A DNA stretch of 64,000 nucleotides from Octopus vulgaris (taxonomy: Eukaryota), in the NCBI GenBank assembly GCA_951406725.2, contig OX597820.1:32302001-32366000 (forward strand), read 5' to 3'. The position numbers and the translations under genes are program-made. Of the stretch, positions 13,710 through 27,363 are shown piece after piece. A model generated the notes under the pieces. That model did no database searches and was not told the origin of the DNA. It saw nothing but the letters and a program-made list of their open reading frames with translations. How positions within the stretch are numbered: the first letter of the stretch is position 1; each line of letters begins with the position of its first letter.

Positions 13710-14388
13710 AAGGAATTTGAAGTCAGAACGTAAAGAGGGACGAAATACAGATAAACATTTCGCCCGGTGTGCTAACGTTTCTGCCAGCGTGCCGCCTAGT
13801 ACATCTAATAATCTTGGAACAACAGTATACGTGACCATCAGCCGGGAGACAGGATTATAATTTATCGTATAGGCATAAGGCCTGAAATTTTGGCTGAGGG
13901 GTTTGTATGCTTCAGCCGTTGTAGTTCTTAAACGGTGTAATATTTTATTGATCCCTGAAAGATGGAAGACGAAGTTAACCTCGGCGGGATTTGAACTCAG
14001 AATGCAAGGAGCCGAAACAAATAACGTGAAGCAATTTTTATTCCCCGACGCTTTAACGATTCTGCCAATTAACCACAATAAGCGACAGGAGATGAGAGTT
14101 TTAGGAGAGAGAGAGGGCGGAATTTGAACTCAGAACGTAGCGACAGACGAAATACTTATTTCTTTACTACCCACAAGGGTCTAAATACAGAGAGGACAAA
14201 CAAGGACAGACAAACGGATTAAGTCGATTATATCGACCCCAGTGCGTAACTGGTACTTATTTAATCGACCCCGAAAGGATGAAAGGCAAAGTCGACCTTG
14301 GCGGAATTTGAACTCAGAACGTAGCGGCAGACGAAATACCGCTAAGCATTTCGCCCGGCGTGCTAACGTTTCTGCCTGCACGCCGCCT
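13710..14388 (-). mobile_element. Cluster of SINE family B copies (Meta-domain-like), partly nested
   Basis: Reverse complements of 14631-14861. The copy ending at about 14156 abuts a partial copy of the same family. Confidence 0.8.
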
Positions 14389-14630
14389 TCTATCATTCTC
14401 AATATTGTCAACTGTATCTGCGAGTAATATCCTTTTTCTTATGCCAGACTATCCAGGCCACCATCTCATGCATCGTGGAAAGATAATATCTAGAGGGCAT
14501 TCTCCTGTTGAAAGGAATCAGTCAATGTGTTTTGCTTTTTATACTTTAGGCACTTGGTAGAGATATCCTGTTCTTGAATTGCTTAGTGAGAGCCTTCAAA
14601 ATAGGATGTCATAAACGTGTCGGTATTCCA

Positions 14631-14861
14631 GGCGGCGAGCTGGCAGAAACGTTAGCAGGCCGGGCGAAATGCGTAGCCGTATTTTGTCTGCCGTTACGTT
14701 CTGAGTTCAAATTCCGCCGAGGTCGACTTTGCCTTTCATCCTTTCGGGGTCGATAAATTAAGTACCAGTTACGCACTGGGGTCGATGTAATCGACTTAAT
14801 ACCTATGTCTGTCCTTGTTTGTCCCCTCTGTGTTTAGCCCCTTGTGGGTAATAAAGAAATA
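14631..14861 (+). mobile_element. Full-length SINE family B (tRNA head + MetaSINE-like domain) with 9-bp TSD
   Basis: A box tggcagaaacgtt, B box gagttcaaattcc, gcctttcatcctttcggggtcgataaa domain. TSD GGTATTCCA at 14622-14630 and 14862-14870. Confidence 0.88.
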
Positions 14862-15234
14862 GGTATTCCATGCAAGCATTTGATACGATTTATTCCCTCT
14901 ACGGCTTGCGTCTTTCGTGCCAATTTTTTTTTTCTAATTTTCTTCTCTTGATAAATGGACTTTTCCAATGCTCCCTGGGGTAGATATGTTTATCAGTTAA
15001 TTCATGTCTCTCCTAGTTTACTAGCTACCCCAATTATGTTGTTGATTTCCTGGGTGAACAGCTATCCTAATTATGTTGTTGATTTCCTGGGTGTACATCT
15101 AAGCAAGATAGTTACTGGCCTCCATTTTCTGTTACAGATGTGGCTTCAGTGTCACAATACGTGCTTCATATGATTTCAATACAGACTCTAGACCACGGTT
15201 TGTATGTATGTATGTATGTATGTATGTATGTATG

Positions 15235-15560
15235 TGCAGATTTGTATGTTTTGTTTATGTATTCTCATACATATCTAGACATGCTCATATATATTTAAAT
15301 GATAAACTTCTGGAAAGTTTTACGGATTTTTACAGCTCCAGTGATGGACTGGATTGTAGTCTTCGAATTAGCTTTCTCCTTTATGGTTTTGAGAAACCTA
15401 ATTTCTCAAGAGTGGAATTTAGGCAGAGTGTTACATATCCTAGGGCTCAAATAATTACTGGTATAAACCTGAACTCAGTAGTTCAGCAGAGGTGTTCTCT
15501 TTTTTACTGATCTTCAGCTTTATCTTAACATCCGCTGGGGAGCTCATTTCTACAACTGAC
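15235..15560 (-). mobile_element. RLE-type non-LTR 3' fragment (same family as 7380-8010)
   Basis: Reverse complement matches about 7600-8010. (TATG)n on both sides. Confidence 0.8.
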
Positions 15561-15602
15561 TGCATGTATGTATGTATGTATGTATGTATGTATGTATGTA
15601 TG

Positions 15603-15636
<34 letters not shown>

Positions 15637-15799
15637 TGTATGTATGTATGTATGTATGTATGTATGTATGTATGTATGTATGTATGTATAAGTTTCAGTA
15701 TTGTTGTTAATGTATAACCCTAGGTCAATCCAGTCGCTATAGACTCATGATCAAAGATATTCAAGCCATGACCACTTCGTATGCGAATTTTGATACGCT

Positions 15800-16010
15800 T
15801 TTCTTGTTTCAGTCATTTGACTGCGGCCATGCTGGAACACCGCCTTTAGTCGTGCACATCGTCCCCAGGGCTTTTTCTTTATAAGCCTAGTAATTATTCT
15901 ATCTGTCTCTTTTGCCGAACCGCTAAGTTACGAGGACGTAAACACACTAGCATCGGTTGTCAAGCGATGTTGGGGGGACAAAAAAAGACACACAAACACA
16001 AACACAAGCA

Positions 16011-16088
<78 letters not shown>

Positions 16089-16252
16089 CATTCGATGGGC
16101 TTCTTTCAGTTTCCGTCGACCAAATCCACTCACAAGGTTTTGGTTGGCCCGAGGCTTTAGTAGAAGACACTTGCCCAAGGTGCCACGCAGACTGAACCCG
16201 AAACCATGTAGTTCGTAAGCAAGCTACTTACCACACAGCCACTCCTGTGCCT
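15800..16252 (-). mobile_element. SINE family A, full length, with internal (TA)n(TG)n
   Basis: tRNA head (gtggctgtgtggtaag...gggttcagtc), ccttgggcaagtgtctt core, internal microsatellite, conserved tail. Confidence 0.9.
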
Positions 16253-16522
16253 ATAAAGCATATTACTGAATGTGTTTTGCTTTTCTTAACATAATATAAT
16301 GTGATTGAAGGGAGATTTAGTTGCTATTTCTAACCTGTTGAACGGGCACCTAGAGAATTAAGTGTTTGCGTATTTGTGTGTTTACGACATATATATGTGC
16401 GTATGTGTGCCTGAGTGTATGTCTACGTGCATTTGTGTGTGTGTGTGTATTTGCTTAAGAAGATGTTTCTGTGTAATTATTTATGTGTTTGTAAGCGTGT
16501 TTATTCTTGAAAACCTGTAAGT

Positions 16523-16564
<42 letters not shown>

Positions 16565-16893
16565 TTGTGTATGTAAAGGACTGTATATAAGATTGCGCGC
16601 GCGTGTGTGTATGCATATGTTTGTGTGTACGCGTGTATGTTTATAGTTGCGAATCTCTGAGTGCGTGTGTCTGCAAGAGTATACCTCTGAGTGAGTATGT
16701 GTATATTACCACCTGTGTGTGTGTGTGTGTGTGTGTGTAGATGTGCGTCTATGTGTGTCGTGTTTACGTATATCAGTATGTGTATTTGGGACTTGTATGC
16801 GTGAGAATATGTGCTTATGTGTTTGATTACACATGTGTGCGTGTGTGTCTGTCTGTCTGTGTGTATGTGTGTATCTGTGTGTGTGTGTGTGTA

Positions 16894-16931
<38 letters not shown>

Positions 16932-17591
16932 CGCGTCTGTATGTGTGTTCAGAAATGTCAATGAGGGATGCGTATGTTTGTACCTGTCTATTAAAATTTG
17001 TATGTGAATATGCTTATATGTGTGTGTTTGTGTGTGTGTTGTGTGTGTGTGTGTGTGTGTATGGTGTCTACGTGCATTAACATATCTATAAGTATTTGTG
17101 TTCATGTGTGTATGTGCGTGTGTATAAATATATATATGTGTGTGCGTGTGAGCGTGTGACTGTGTATGCATGTATGCCAGCGTATAGCTGTACACAAATG
17201 TATCTACATATGTATATGAGCGTGTGTGAGTATGTGCACGTGTATGAGTTTGTGTGCATGTATATGTATGCGTGTATATATGCATAAACGAATATGTATA
17301 CGAGTAAGTGTATATATGTGCATATATAGTTGTGAGTGTGTTTATGCTTGTCTGTGAATGTGCTTGTGCGTCTGTATGCGTGTATGTTTGTTTGTATGTA
17401 TGCATGTATGTATGTATGTATGTATGTATGTATGTATGTATGTATGCATGTGTGTATGATGTATGCATGTGTATATGTATTTATGTATGTATGTATGTAT
17501 GTATGTATATATGTATGTAAACAGGTGTGTTTACAAGAACCTATCTGTATATGTGCGTACGTGGATGTATTGTTTTTATGAACAATCGCTA

Positions 17592-17634
<43 letters not shown>

Positions 17635-19154
17635 CGCACGCGCGATACAAGGAACGGGCCAGTTCGATACTTTATGCTATGATCCTATCAATGCAATCAA
17701 TAGTTTTAACTTATTTCTTTCATGGACAAATCTGACCAATTGCTTATTAATTAGCAAAACGATGACCAAACCCAGATTTCCGGATTAACTACTACTACTA
17801 CTATTACTACTACTACTACTACCGCCACCACCATCACCACCACCACACCACCATCACCGCCACCACCACAGCTGCTGATCAGGATAGCAAAGGATGATGA
17901 TGATGATGAAGATGATGATGATGATAATCATGATGACGATGATGACGACAACGGTGATGATGATGATGGTGATGATGATGAGGAAGTCGATGACAACAAA
18001 GATCGTTTGTTTTCAGTGGTGAAGGTTGGTGTAGGTCCAGTCAAGCTTTTTGGAAATGTTAATTGCAGAAAGTTTTCCATCTTTGGGGTTTTCCACCTTT
18101 GGAGTTTTCCATCTTTGGGGTTAGCTACCCTCACCACCGTTAAGAGATAAACTCACTCTAGTAGGCTAAATCCACACCTAGGTACCAAAGCAGGAGCGTC
18201 TACGTTTCTCATATACATCTTAGGGAGATTCAGCGTGACACAGAATATGAAAAGCTGGCCCTTTGAAATACAAATACAACTCATTTTTGCCAGCTGAGTG
18301 GACTGGAGCAACGTGAAATTAAGTGTCTTTCTCAAAGATACAAAGTGCTGCATTGGTAGCCGAAACGGCCGTAAGCAATGTTAACTTTTGTATTAAAAAA
18401 TAATTAACTGATGTTGGTCAATTCGTTTGTTTGTTGATCAAAAGTTTTCTCCATTTACTGCTTACTTTAAATTTGATTCCTGAAAAACTATTTTTTATTC
18501 CGTTACTACCTATACCCTATGAGCATAGCGTGCATGCATTCCTATGCCCAAGGTTAACATAGGTAATTAATACCGATAGAAAAACGGGTATTCTTATCCC
18601 TTAGACAGTTATTCCAGCCGCTAACTCTAAGATTTTATATATAGATTTTATACATGTTTCGGATTCCTTATGAATCATTTTACATTCACCTTTTTTTATC
18701 TTCCTCTTCACTGAATCAAATTTGAACATTCAGATTTTGCAGGTACATTTATGGACATATATTTTTATATATTCATATTTATGAATTTTTATGTGTTTAT
18801 AATTTTTCTATGTCTATGAATTTTTATACATTAATAAATTTTTGTGTATATGTATGCATTTAAAAATTCTTAGAAATTTTATCATATAGATGAATGCATC
18901 TATGTATATTGTATACCATAGAGAATTTCGTTAATATGGACCAAATGAATATATACATCGACCTTTGAATATATACATCGACCTTCTTCTTCTTCTTCTT
19001 CTTCTTCTTCTTCTTCTTCTTCTTCTTCTTCTTCTTCTTCTTCTTCTTCTTCTTCTTCTTCTTCTTCTTCTTCTTCTCCTCTTCTTCTCCTCCTCCTCCT
19101 CTTCTTCTTCTTCTTCTTCTTGTGGGGGTAGCGGGTTACTACATGTGACCTTAT

Positions 19155-19209
<55 letters not shown>

Positions 19210-20664
19210 AAGATCAGTCGAAACGATCTTGGCATGTCATATTGTCTTGCACTCCGGCTTTTACGATGACGTGTGTTTCAGTTGATCCGATTAATGGAAT
19301 AGCCTGCTCGTGAAATTAACGTGAAAATGGTTGAGCACTCCACAGACACGTGTACCCTTAACATAGTACTCAGGGAGATTCAGCATGGCAGAAGAGGTGA
19401 CAAGGCTGACCCTTTGAATTAAATGTACAATTCATTGAGCGGATACTGGTAACACGCATCCCAGTACAACTTGTTATATAGTCAGGTCATCGTGACGAAA
19501 CTTGCAGTACCATCAGGCCTGTGAACGAGAAGTGTGATCTGTGACACCCCGTAGGATGGAAAACAAGATTCGTCAAACTACAGATGAACTCAGGATAATT
19601 GTATATGAAGGCGGAGAGTGTAGTGGTTATAGCATTCGACTCACAAACGTAAGGTCGTGCGTTCGATTTCCAGCAGCACTTTGCAGCCTTGTGGAAGACA
19701 CTTTATTTCACGTTGTTTCACTCCACTCAGCTGGCAACAGTGAGTAGCACCTGTATTTAAAAGAGCCAGGTTTTTCATATTCAGCAGACTGGAGCAATAC
19801 GGAATAGGGTGTCTTGCTCAATAACACTACGCGCCGCGTGGAGTCGAACTGCCGACCTTACGATTTTAAGCTGAATACCCTAACCATTAAGCCGTGCGCC
19901 TTCACAGTCGTATTACGCCATTCATATATCACTTCCTAAAGAACAGTCCCCATAGACTTATACGTCCATTAAGTGGTGAAACAGTAAGAAAAATAGTGTT
20001 ACAAATACTAGGAGTACACGTAATAAGGAGTATATGGTTTCAAAACAGCCAGGCGGGTCCATTCCCATGTTATGAATAAGTATGCAACCGGAAATATTCT
20101 AATATTAACAGGAACTGTAACCGTAACCATTCTTGCAATCGAGATTTTAAAATCACGCCATATGAACAACTCAAGGATCAAATATTTGGAAGTAAATAAA
20201 TATACTCACTTGAAACAGCGTTAGGTTAAAATACCGGTCTGTATAACATTCATTATGTGTATACGAAGACGGAATGATACTATATGAAACCCTTTGGCTC
20301 AGAGAGATGAGGCAGCGAGCTGATAGAACCATTAACACGCCGAGCAAAATGTTCAGTGGCATTTCGTCCAATTTTATGTTGCCAGATGCCGGATTTCGTG
20401 TTTCGACTTGATATGGCTTCCTCGGTGACGAATATCCCAGATGATTTGATCTAAGCTGAAAATGTTTGTTCCAATATAGAAAGCGTTAAGCAAAACATTT
20501 AACTGCTTGTGCAAATCGAGCAAAGCTAGAATCAAATTAATATCACTTCTTGAAATACCCTTAGAGTAAAAGTATCAGTGTTCATACATACATACATACA
20601 TACATACATGCATGCATACATACATACATACATACATACATACATACATACATACATACATACA

Positions 20665-20698
<34 letters not shown>

Positions 20699-20780
20699 CA
20701 TACATACATGCATGCATACGTTTTGTGACCGCTAAATCCATAAGTTTTCTTATTCTCTCTCTGTTTATTTCCTCATGTTC

Positions 20781-20816
20781 CTTTCTGTTCAAGAGCGTAG
20801 GCTCGAAATGTAAAAG
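20781..20816 (+). ncRNA. Degenerate minimal hammerhead (family of 60566-60603)
   Basis: CTTT-CTGTTCA-A-GAGC-gtag-GCTC-GAA-ATGT-A-AAAG. Stems are intact, core is mutated. Confidence 0.55.
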
Positions 20817-21098
20817 AGTTTCTCACCTTCCCGAGCGTTAAACTTATACACCTGCTTGTTGTTTATACACCTGCCTTCGTCTGCTGTTTTTCTGTAAATT
20901 TCAACTATATAGACTTCGAATGACCCATCCGTGTTTTTGGTATCACCTATCTGGATGTTTTTGCGTTCTTGTCCTGTTTTGTGTTTTTTGTATATATATA
21001 TATATACATATATAACAAATTAAAGTTGTAAGGTACCGCACGAGTTGGAAATATATATGAAAGAAGGTTTGAAAATGCAATTTTAAAGATGTTTATTG

Positions 21099-21140
21099 AC
21101 TTGACCGGTTTCACTTTTTCAGAAAAAGATTGTCAAAAGT
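21099..21140 (-). ncRNA. Minimal type I hammerhead (U3-A8)
   Basis: ACTT-TTGACAA-t-CTTTTT-ctg-AAAAAG-t-GAA-ACCGGT-C-AAGT, followed by AATAAA. The element ends in (TA)n near 21010. Confidence 0.78.
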
Positions 21141-21469
21141 AAACTGTAAAGCTTTGTATAAGCTTTGTTGTGTTAAGTACTAGTTGTCACAAAAGTATTA
21201 AAATACAGTTAGACATTCTAAAAACTGTTTACAAGAAGGTATTTAAGAAAGTATTCATATCGAGGCTACAAAAAGTATTATGAGTTCAATAAAAATCATG
21301 TTTGTTTGGTAGTATATATAATATATATACACACAGAAGGAGATATATTTAAGAATTTACAAAAAATTGGAGAGGAACAGAAAAAGTCAGAAAGACAAGT
21401 CAGTTCCTCTCCAATTCTGCTTTACCTGGAAGATGAACGGCGTAGACCATTATGGGGTACTGAAATAAA

Positions 21470-21985
21470 GTATGACCATACTATGACGTTTATTGTCAAC
21501 AAAATGCGCGCGTAAATGAAATATTACGTTAAAAGTGGCCAGCTTTGATAAACAGACAAAAAGAAAAGAAGAGGTGTTATGTTCCTGCATGACAATACAA
21601 GGGCTCATACTGCAAAACAAACCCAGGAAAAGATAAGATCCTCGAGATGAGAAGTTCTCCCACAGTCTTTACATTTACCGAATTTAACACTACTGGCTAT
21701 CACTTGTTTCTATCGCTAGAAGGAAGTAAACAAAGATGATGTTTAAGAACGATTTGTTAAACATTTGGATTTTTTTTGAGAAAGAAAAAAATAAATAAAG
21801 CAAATAAATAAATAAATAAGAAAGATAAAATGAAATAAAAATGAAATAAATAAACATTTTACTTTTCCTGTTGGACGAGAGATATTGATAATGATTGCGA
21901 TTACGTTACTGGTAAATAGTATTAAACTTAACCAACACATTGCGTTTTCCCTCTTAAAAATATATAATTACTTTCCGAAGACCCA
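21470..21985 (+). pseudogene. Mariner transposase C-terminal remnant
   Basis: GVMFLHDNTRAHTAKQTQEKI...EVLP...YHLFLSL (mariner D..D region). Confidence 0.65.
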
Positions 21986-22440
21986 AATGTAAATACATAA
22001 CATACGCAGACATGCACATACACACATGCACACATATACAAACACACACACAGACAGACAGACACACACACACACACATACGCACAGATACGCACACACG
22101 TACACACACATGTATATGCCTCTGTATGGATTATTGTTTCCAGCTATTATTGCCTAATGGTAACAAGATACATCAGATAAATACGTTGTGCACAACAAGA
22201 ACTCATAAGTACATCAGCATGTCGATAAGGCTCTTGGCTAGTACACACACTCGCACACGCACGCACATATAGACATTTCCGAATGTATGTTTGAATGCAT
22301 GTATGTATGTATGTATGCATACACACACATACACAGATATACAAACATGTATGTATCCATGTACATAGATATATATGTATGCATGAATGTATGAATATAT
22401 AAATACATATCGATATACATGCATATGTATATATTTATAT

Positions 22441-22493
<53 letters not shown>

Positions 22494-22560
22494 CATATGT
22501 ATGTGCATATATATATATACATGTATATATACATGTATATTTATGTATATATATATGTAC

Positions 22561-22591
<31 letters not shown>

Positions 22592-22608
22592 TATACATAT
22601 ATATATGC

Positions 22609-22647
<39 letters not shown>

Positions 22648-22692
22648 TATACATACATGCATACATACACACACATACACACACATACACAC

Positions 22693-22723
<31 letters not shown>

Positions 22724-22888
22724 CATACATGTATGTATGCACATACACATATTTCGTTTTGGGATTATGTGAGTTCGTGTGTTGAAGCATATACTGATGT
22801 GTCTGGGGAGAGTCATTCTCTTTTAGTACCCTTATAATTTAATACACTCACCGATAAAATTTCCACTCATTTCTTTCTTTATATTTTT

Positions 22889-22925
22889 CTAAAATTTTCG
22901 TTCCGTCTTGAAAACTTCTCAATAG
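22889..22925 (-). ncRNA. Minimal type I hammerhead (U3-A8)
   Basis: CTA-TTGAGAA-GTTTT-caagac-GGAAC-GAA-AATT-T-TAG; palindromic AATT. Confidence 0.65.
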
Positions 22926-23520
22926 TTATTCACAATGCGTTCTTTTTGTTTTTTGTGTGCATGTGCGTGGGTCATACACATGTATGTGTATGCATGCATG
23001 TGTGTGTGCATATACATATATATGTATTTATGTGTGTACATTTGCGTGCATGTATTCTGCATTTTCATGTGTTTGCTTGTCCGTGTTTGTGTGTTTTTAT
23101 GTATGTGGTGTGTGTGTGTACCTCTCTTTCCTTGTGTGTGCATGTCTGAGTGTGTGTGTATGTGTGTGTGTGTGTGTGTGTATGTGTGTGCATAGGTTTT
23201 TGCAACTATATACTGTGTCTGTATGTATGGATATGTATCTCCATATGTGTGGATGTGTGTCCCCATATGTGTCCTTGTGTGAAGTTAAGTGTGTATGTAC
23301 ATATGGTCATGTGCTTCTGTCTTCATTTGTGTATATGTGTGTATGTGTACTTGTCTGTTCATATAATAGATTTGTTTACTTTTATATACATATACTTATA
23401 TACATGTGTATATACATATATACAAACACCCCACACACACACATGCATACATCTATCTACATAACAGCCCACTAACTATTCTACTCTACCTGTATAGACT
23501 ATGGGTTTGGAGTATGATAT

Positions 23521-24180
23521 CTACTGGGTATATTTCCCATTTAGTATTGGGTATGTTTTATTTATGAGGACGTACTCCTGTATTTGTCTGAGTGTCGGGT
23601 CCTTTGGGTGCTTGGATAAGATGCAGATGTCAAGTTGACCCAGGTTGCCGCCATGTTGGTCCTTTGCATGTTGGTAGAGTATGGAGGACTGTTTTTTGTC
23701 GTCATATTCTCTCAAATGTTCATTTAGTCGTTCCGCAATGCTCCTAGATGTCTCTCCTATGTATGTCATGTTCATGTCTTTACAAGCACCTTCTATGCAT
23801 CTTATGCTGTAAACTACATTTCTAGTTCTACAGTTGATGTCAGGTCTAATCCTACATATGCAGTTACCATTGGTGCATATGACATTCTCAAAGGGGTACG
23901 TCCTACATAGTTGTGATCTGACGGAGTTCCCTGGCTTTTCAACAATCTTAATGTTGAGTTTGGTTTCCTTCAGAGCTTTCCTAAATGTACGGGCTAGTTC
24001 TCCATGGGCTGTGGCCTCTACAAACACCACTCTTTGATATTTTCTGGATTTATACCTCGTGTTCACTCTGTTTGCTTTGTCACAAGTTCATTGTATCCTA
24101 TTCCAGTCTTTGTTTCTGTATCTAAGGCAGGTACCACTGGTATCATTACATATAATGTTATCTAATTTCTTTCTAGCACC
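23521..24180 (-). mobile_element. Penelope-like element fragment: C-terminal GIY-YIG endonuclease
   Basis: ORF 23521..24066: Cys-rich linker (CTNGNCIC...NCRTR), NVVYSIRC...YIGETSRSIAERLNEH...HAKDQH...RQIQEYVLI...PILN. This is the PLE GIY-YIG signature. Confidence 0.9.
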
Positions 24181-25413
24181 CTTGTACCCCTATATAAACA
24201 TACAAATCAACATACAGACGGATAGGTACACAGGTTATATGAACAGACAAGCAAACATACACACACGTACACAAATGAAGACAGAAACACATGACCATAT
24301 ACACACACACTTTCCTTCACAGAAGAACACATATGGAGACATACATCCACACGTATGGAGATACACATCCATACATACAGACACAGTACATAGTTGCAAA
24401 AACCCATACACATACACACTCAGACATACACACACATCAGACATACACACACATGAAGACAGACACACACACACACACACACACACGCACATCTAAAGTT
24501 TATCCTTTAGATGGAGAAAGATAGGGATCACCTGTTGCTGCCGTATTTTCCACATGATGTTAAATTATTGAGAAGAATCCATGCAGCATATACAGTTACT
24601 GGCGTAAATAGATAGAGCTGCTAACAGATAAACTACAATATAATCCCTGATTATCATCCGCTAAATATGATTTAGTTATTACTAACGTCTCTAATAAACA
24701 GCGTATTATAAAGAGGATAAAATGTATATACTATATATAGAAAAAGCAAGCAGAAAACAACATCGAAATTAGTGATGACTTATACCTGCAAGAAGTTTAA
24801 TTTTTAACACGTTATGCCAAATAACTTCGGACATCTTTTGCTGTTATTTTGACCTCTTCAGCAAAACATAGCCATTGGCTGTGCTTGTTAAATTGGTGAT
24901 GAATGAATAACTAAAACGAAATTCGAACTCCTGTAATTGATATGTTGTTTTCGTGCCTATTAAATAGCAAGGTGAACGTCCTGTAAAATGATATATTTCG
25001 TCAGCTCATTATTCGGTGAATGTCCTAAATATGGTGTGTTATGCTCTGTCGACTCTTATCCAGATGATCGCCCTACTTTTAATACGAACAGAACCTGAGC
25101 CGGTGACGTTGTCTTTGAGTTGTCACTCAACAAGCTGAAAAGCGTAGCTAAATCCCTCATCGATTACCTATCATGCGTGCTCGTTAAAACACAGGGTGGG
25201 TTGGATTTTAGACACTAACGTCCGGGCTACGCTAACTAGACGGGATTTTCACGGCTGGTATTTAGTTGAAGAGAGGTTTGATTGCTCAGTTTTGGCCTAG
25301 GGTTAAACAACGGGAGCAAACAAAAACAACAATTATTAGAGAAATCAAATGTATATTTAAAAAATAATCATGCAGCAACACAAATTACAACAATGCCCAG
25401 ACGAGAAGAACAC

Positions 25414-25452
<39 letters not shown>

Positions 25453-25586
25453 TGTGTGTGTGTGACTGTACATCAATTGGTCGTACGGATGTGTATACAG
25501 ATATGGGCGGGTACACGCATAGATTCACATACCGGCACATACCCGCATATATACATACACATACCCACAGATACATATGGTTCGTT

Positions 25587-25872
25587 CTAGAACATTTCAT
25601 AGGGAAATATATTTAATATTAAAAGTGAAACTATTACCTCTCGTTACAATAGAGATTTTATTGTTCCACTTTTGACACGTAATACCGAAACATTCTAACT
25701 GATTGCTCCGGGTTCGCATTAGGCAAGAATTTGAAAATTTCTTTGGCCCGTGATACTCCAGAGTCCCTAAATAGTACATGTGTAAAATTTGAATGAAATC
25801 GGTTGTGTATATCTCGAGTTTTAGTGATGCACACATACAGACAACAAGCAGATACACATTCTCAGTTCTATA
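25587..25872 (-). mobile_element. Putative non-autonomous Helitron/HINE-like element
   Basis: Minus strand has aactcgagatatacacaaccgatttcattcaaatttt (DINE-1/HINE-like core), a small hairpin atttc-cctat-gaaat and terminal CTAG. Confidence 0.4.
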
Positions 25873-26014
25873 CACACACGCATACACACATATGTATATA
25901 TACATATGTATATACACATATGTATATATACGTATACACACACACAAACACACACACACGCATATATACACGCACATATATGTATACATATAAATATACA
26001 TACATATATATATG

Positions 26015-26065
<51 letters not shown>

Positions 26066-26070
26066 GTATG

Positions 26071-26122
<52 letters not shown>

Positions 26123-27070
26123 GCACACACATTAATTGCCCCGACCTGGCTGTTTGGTTTTCATGTAGAGGGGACTCCTGAGAATTTCTTTCCCTATGGC
26201 TGTATAGGGACAGTCTCACTGACTCACGGCTGACGAACCGGAGGACTGTTGGACAGAAGTAGCGAGGGACAAATGGATAGAGGAATGGTGAAAGGTAGTG
26301 AGAAAGTGAGAGAGTAAATGAGAGAGGAGAGGTCATGGATAGTGAAAGGGGGGGTATCAGACAGGGCTGGTCAGTGACGTATCAATGGTAATCAATTAAT
26401 TGCCATTACTGTTTTATGAACCCCTGCAATGGGTCACAAAGGAACTCGGCTACACATCAAAGAAACCGAATGCTTAAACCCTAGCCCAACACACATAGAC
26501 AAGAAGATGCATACGTATAGTCATACATACATTCATATACATGGGCATATAAGCTGACGTAATCATCTAAAGTCGGGTGTGTGTGAACGTAGAAATATGT
26601 ATGTGTGTGTGAGTGTATTTTCATCTTTTTTATTTCATTTTATTTTACTTTCGCTTTCATTCATTCTTCCCCACATCTATCCCATTCCTTTCTTTACTCG
26701 CTTTCTCCTTTCTCTTCTATTCAGAACCCCTATCTGTCCGTCTGGCTATCATGATGTCTGTCTTTCTCACTCTATGTACGCACGCGGACCATTTTCATAC
26801 TAGCTAACAAACTTAATTCTATTCCTTCAACATAAACGCAACATTCAAAATACTGTCAAAATACTGTCTGAATTTACTTGGGATTATACTTAAAGGCCTA
26901 TACCTTCACCGAAGTACGGACTAATCTCCATACCATCTGGAAGAAGATGAGCTTTATTCCCCTGTCTGTATTCTTCTACCTACTGTTTCACTCTTTCTTC
27001 TTCTATCTACTATTTTAATCCTTATAAACTGTGAATTTCCCTGTCTAAATCTTTCATACATACTCATCTT

Positions 27071-27146
27071 GTCTCTGATGATGGATTACCCAGTGTACGG
27101 ACATGCTAGCCTATCATTTGGGATATCCCTGAAACAGCTGTAAGAC
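27071..27146 (+). ncRNA. Type I hammerhead with canonical core and long stem II
   Basis: GTCT-CTGATGA-tggattaccca...tgggatatcc-ct-GAA-ACAGCTGT-A-AGAC; perfect palindromic stem III, GUA triplet. Confidence 0.82.
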
Positions 27147-27363
27147 TTCAAATTCACCTTAGCCTAATTAAATTATTTTAAATTACTTAAGATACCTGTC
27201 CTGCCTTGGTCTTTATTTTCCTTTTCCCGCTAATATAATGTGTGTGTGTGTGTGGAGGGGAGGTGTATATATATATATATGTATATATGAAAATATTTCA
27301 TAGATAGATACATACACACACACATTTAATATGATGTGCATATGGCGATATATATATATATAT

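Noticed and set aside
14631-14720. tRNA-like A/B boxes here and in other SINE heads
   Set aside because: No cloverleaf; they continue into SINE bodies, so not tRNA genes.
18647-18685. Minus-strand stem II + GAA-ACATGT-A
   Set aside because: Core (TGTAAAA) and stem I do not fit; possibly a decayed HHR but not supportable.
20395-20430. Minus-strand CCGAGGA-agcc...gtc-GAA-ACACG
   Set aside because: Stems I and III cannot be formed.
24820-24866. Minus-strand CTGAAGA-GGTC...GTCC-GAA
   Set aside because: No A15.1, no palindrome and no stem I; too degenerate.
26225-26265. CTGACGA-accgg...ttgg-acaGAA
   Set aside because: Wrong spacing, no palindromic stem III or stem I.
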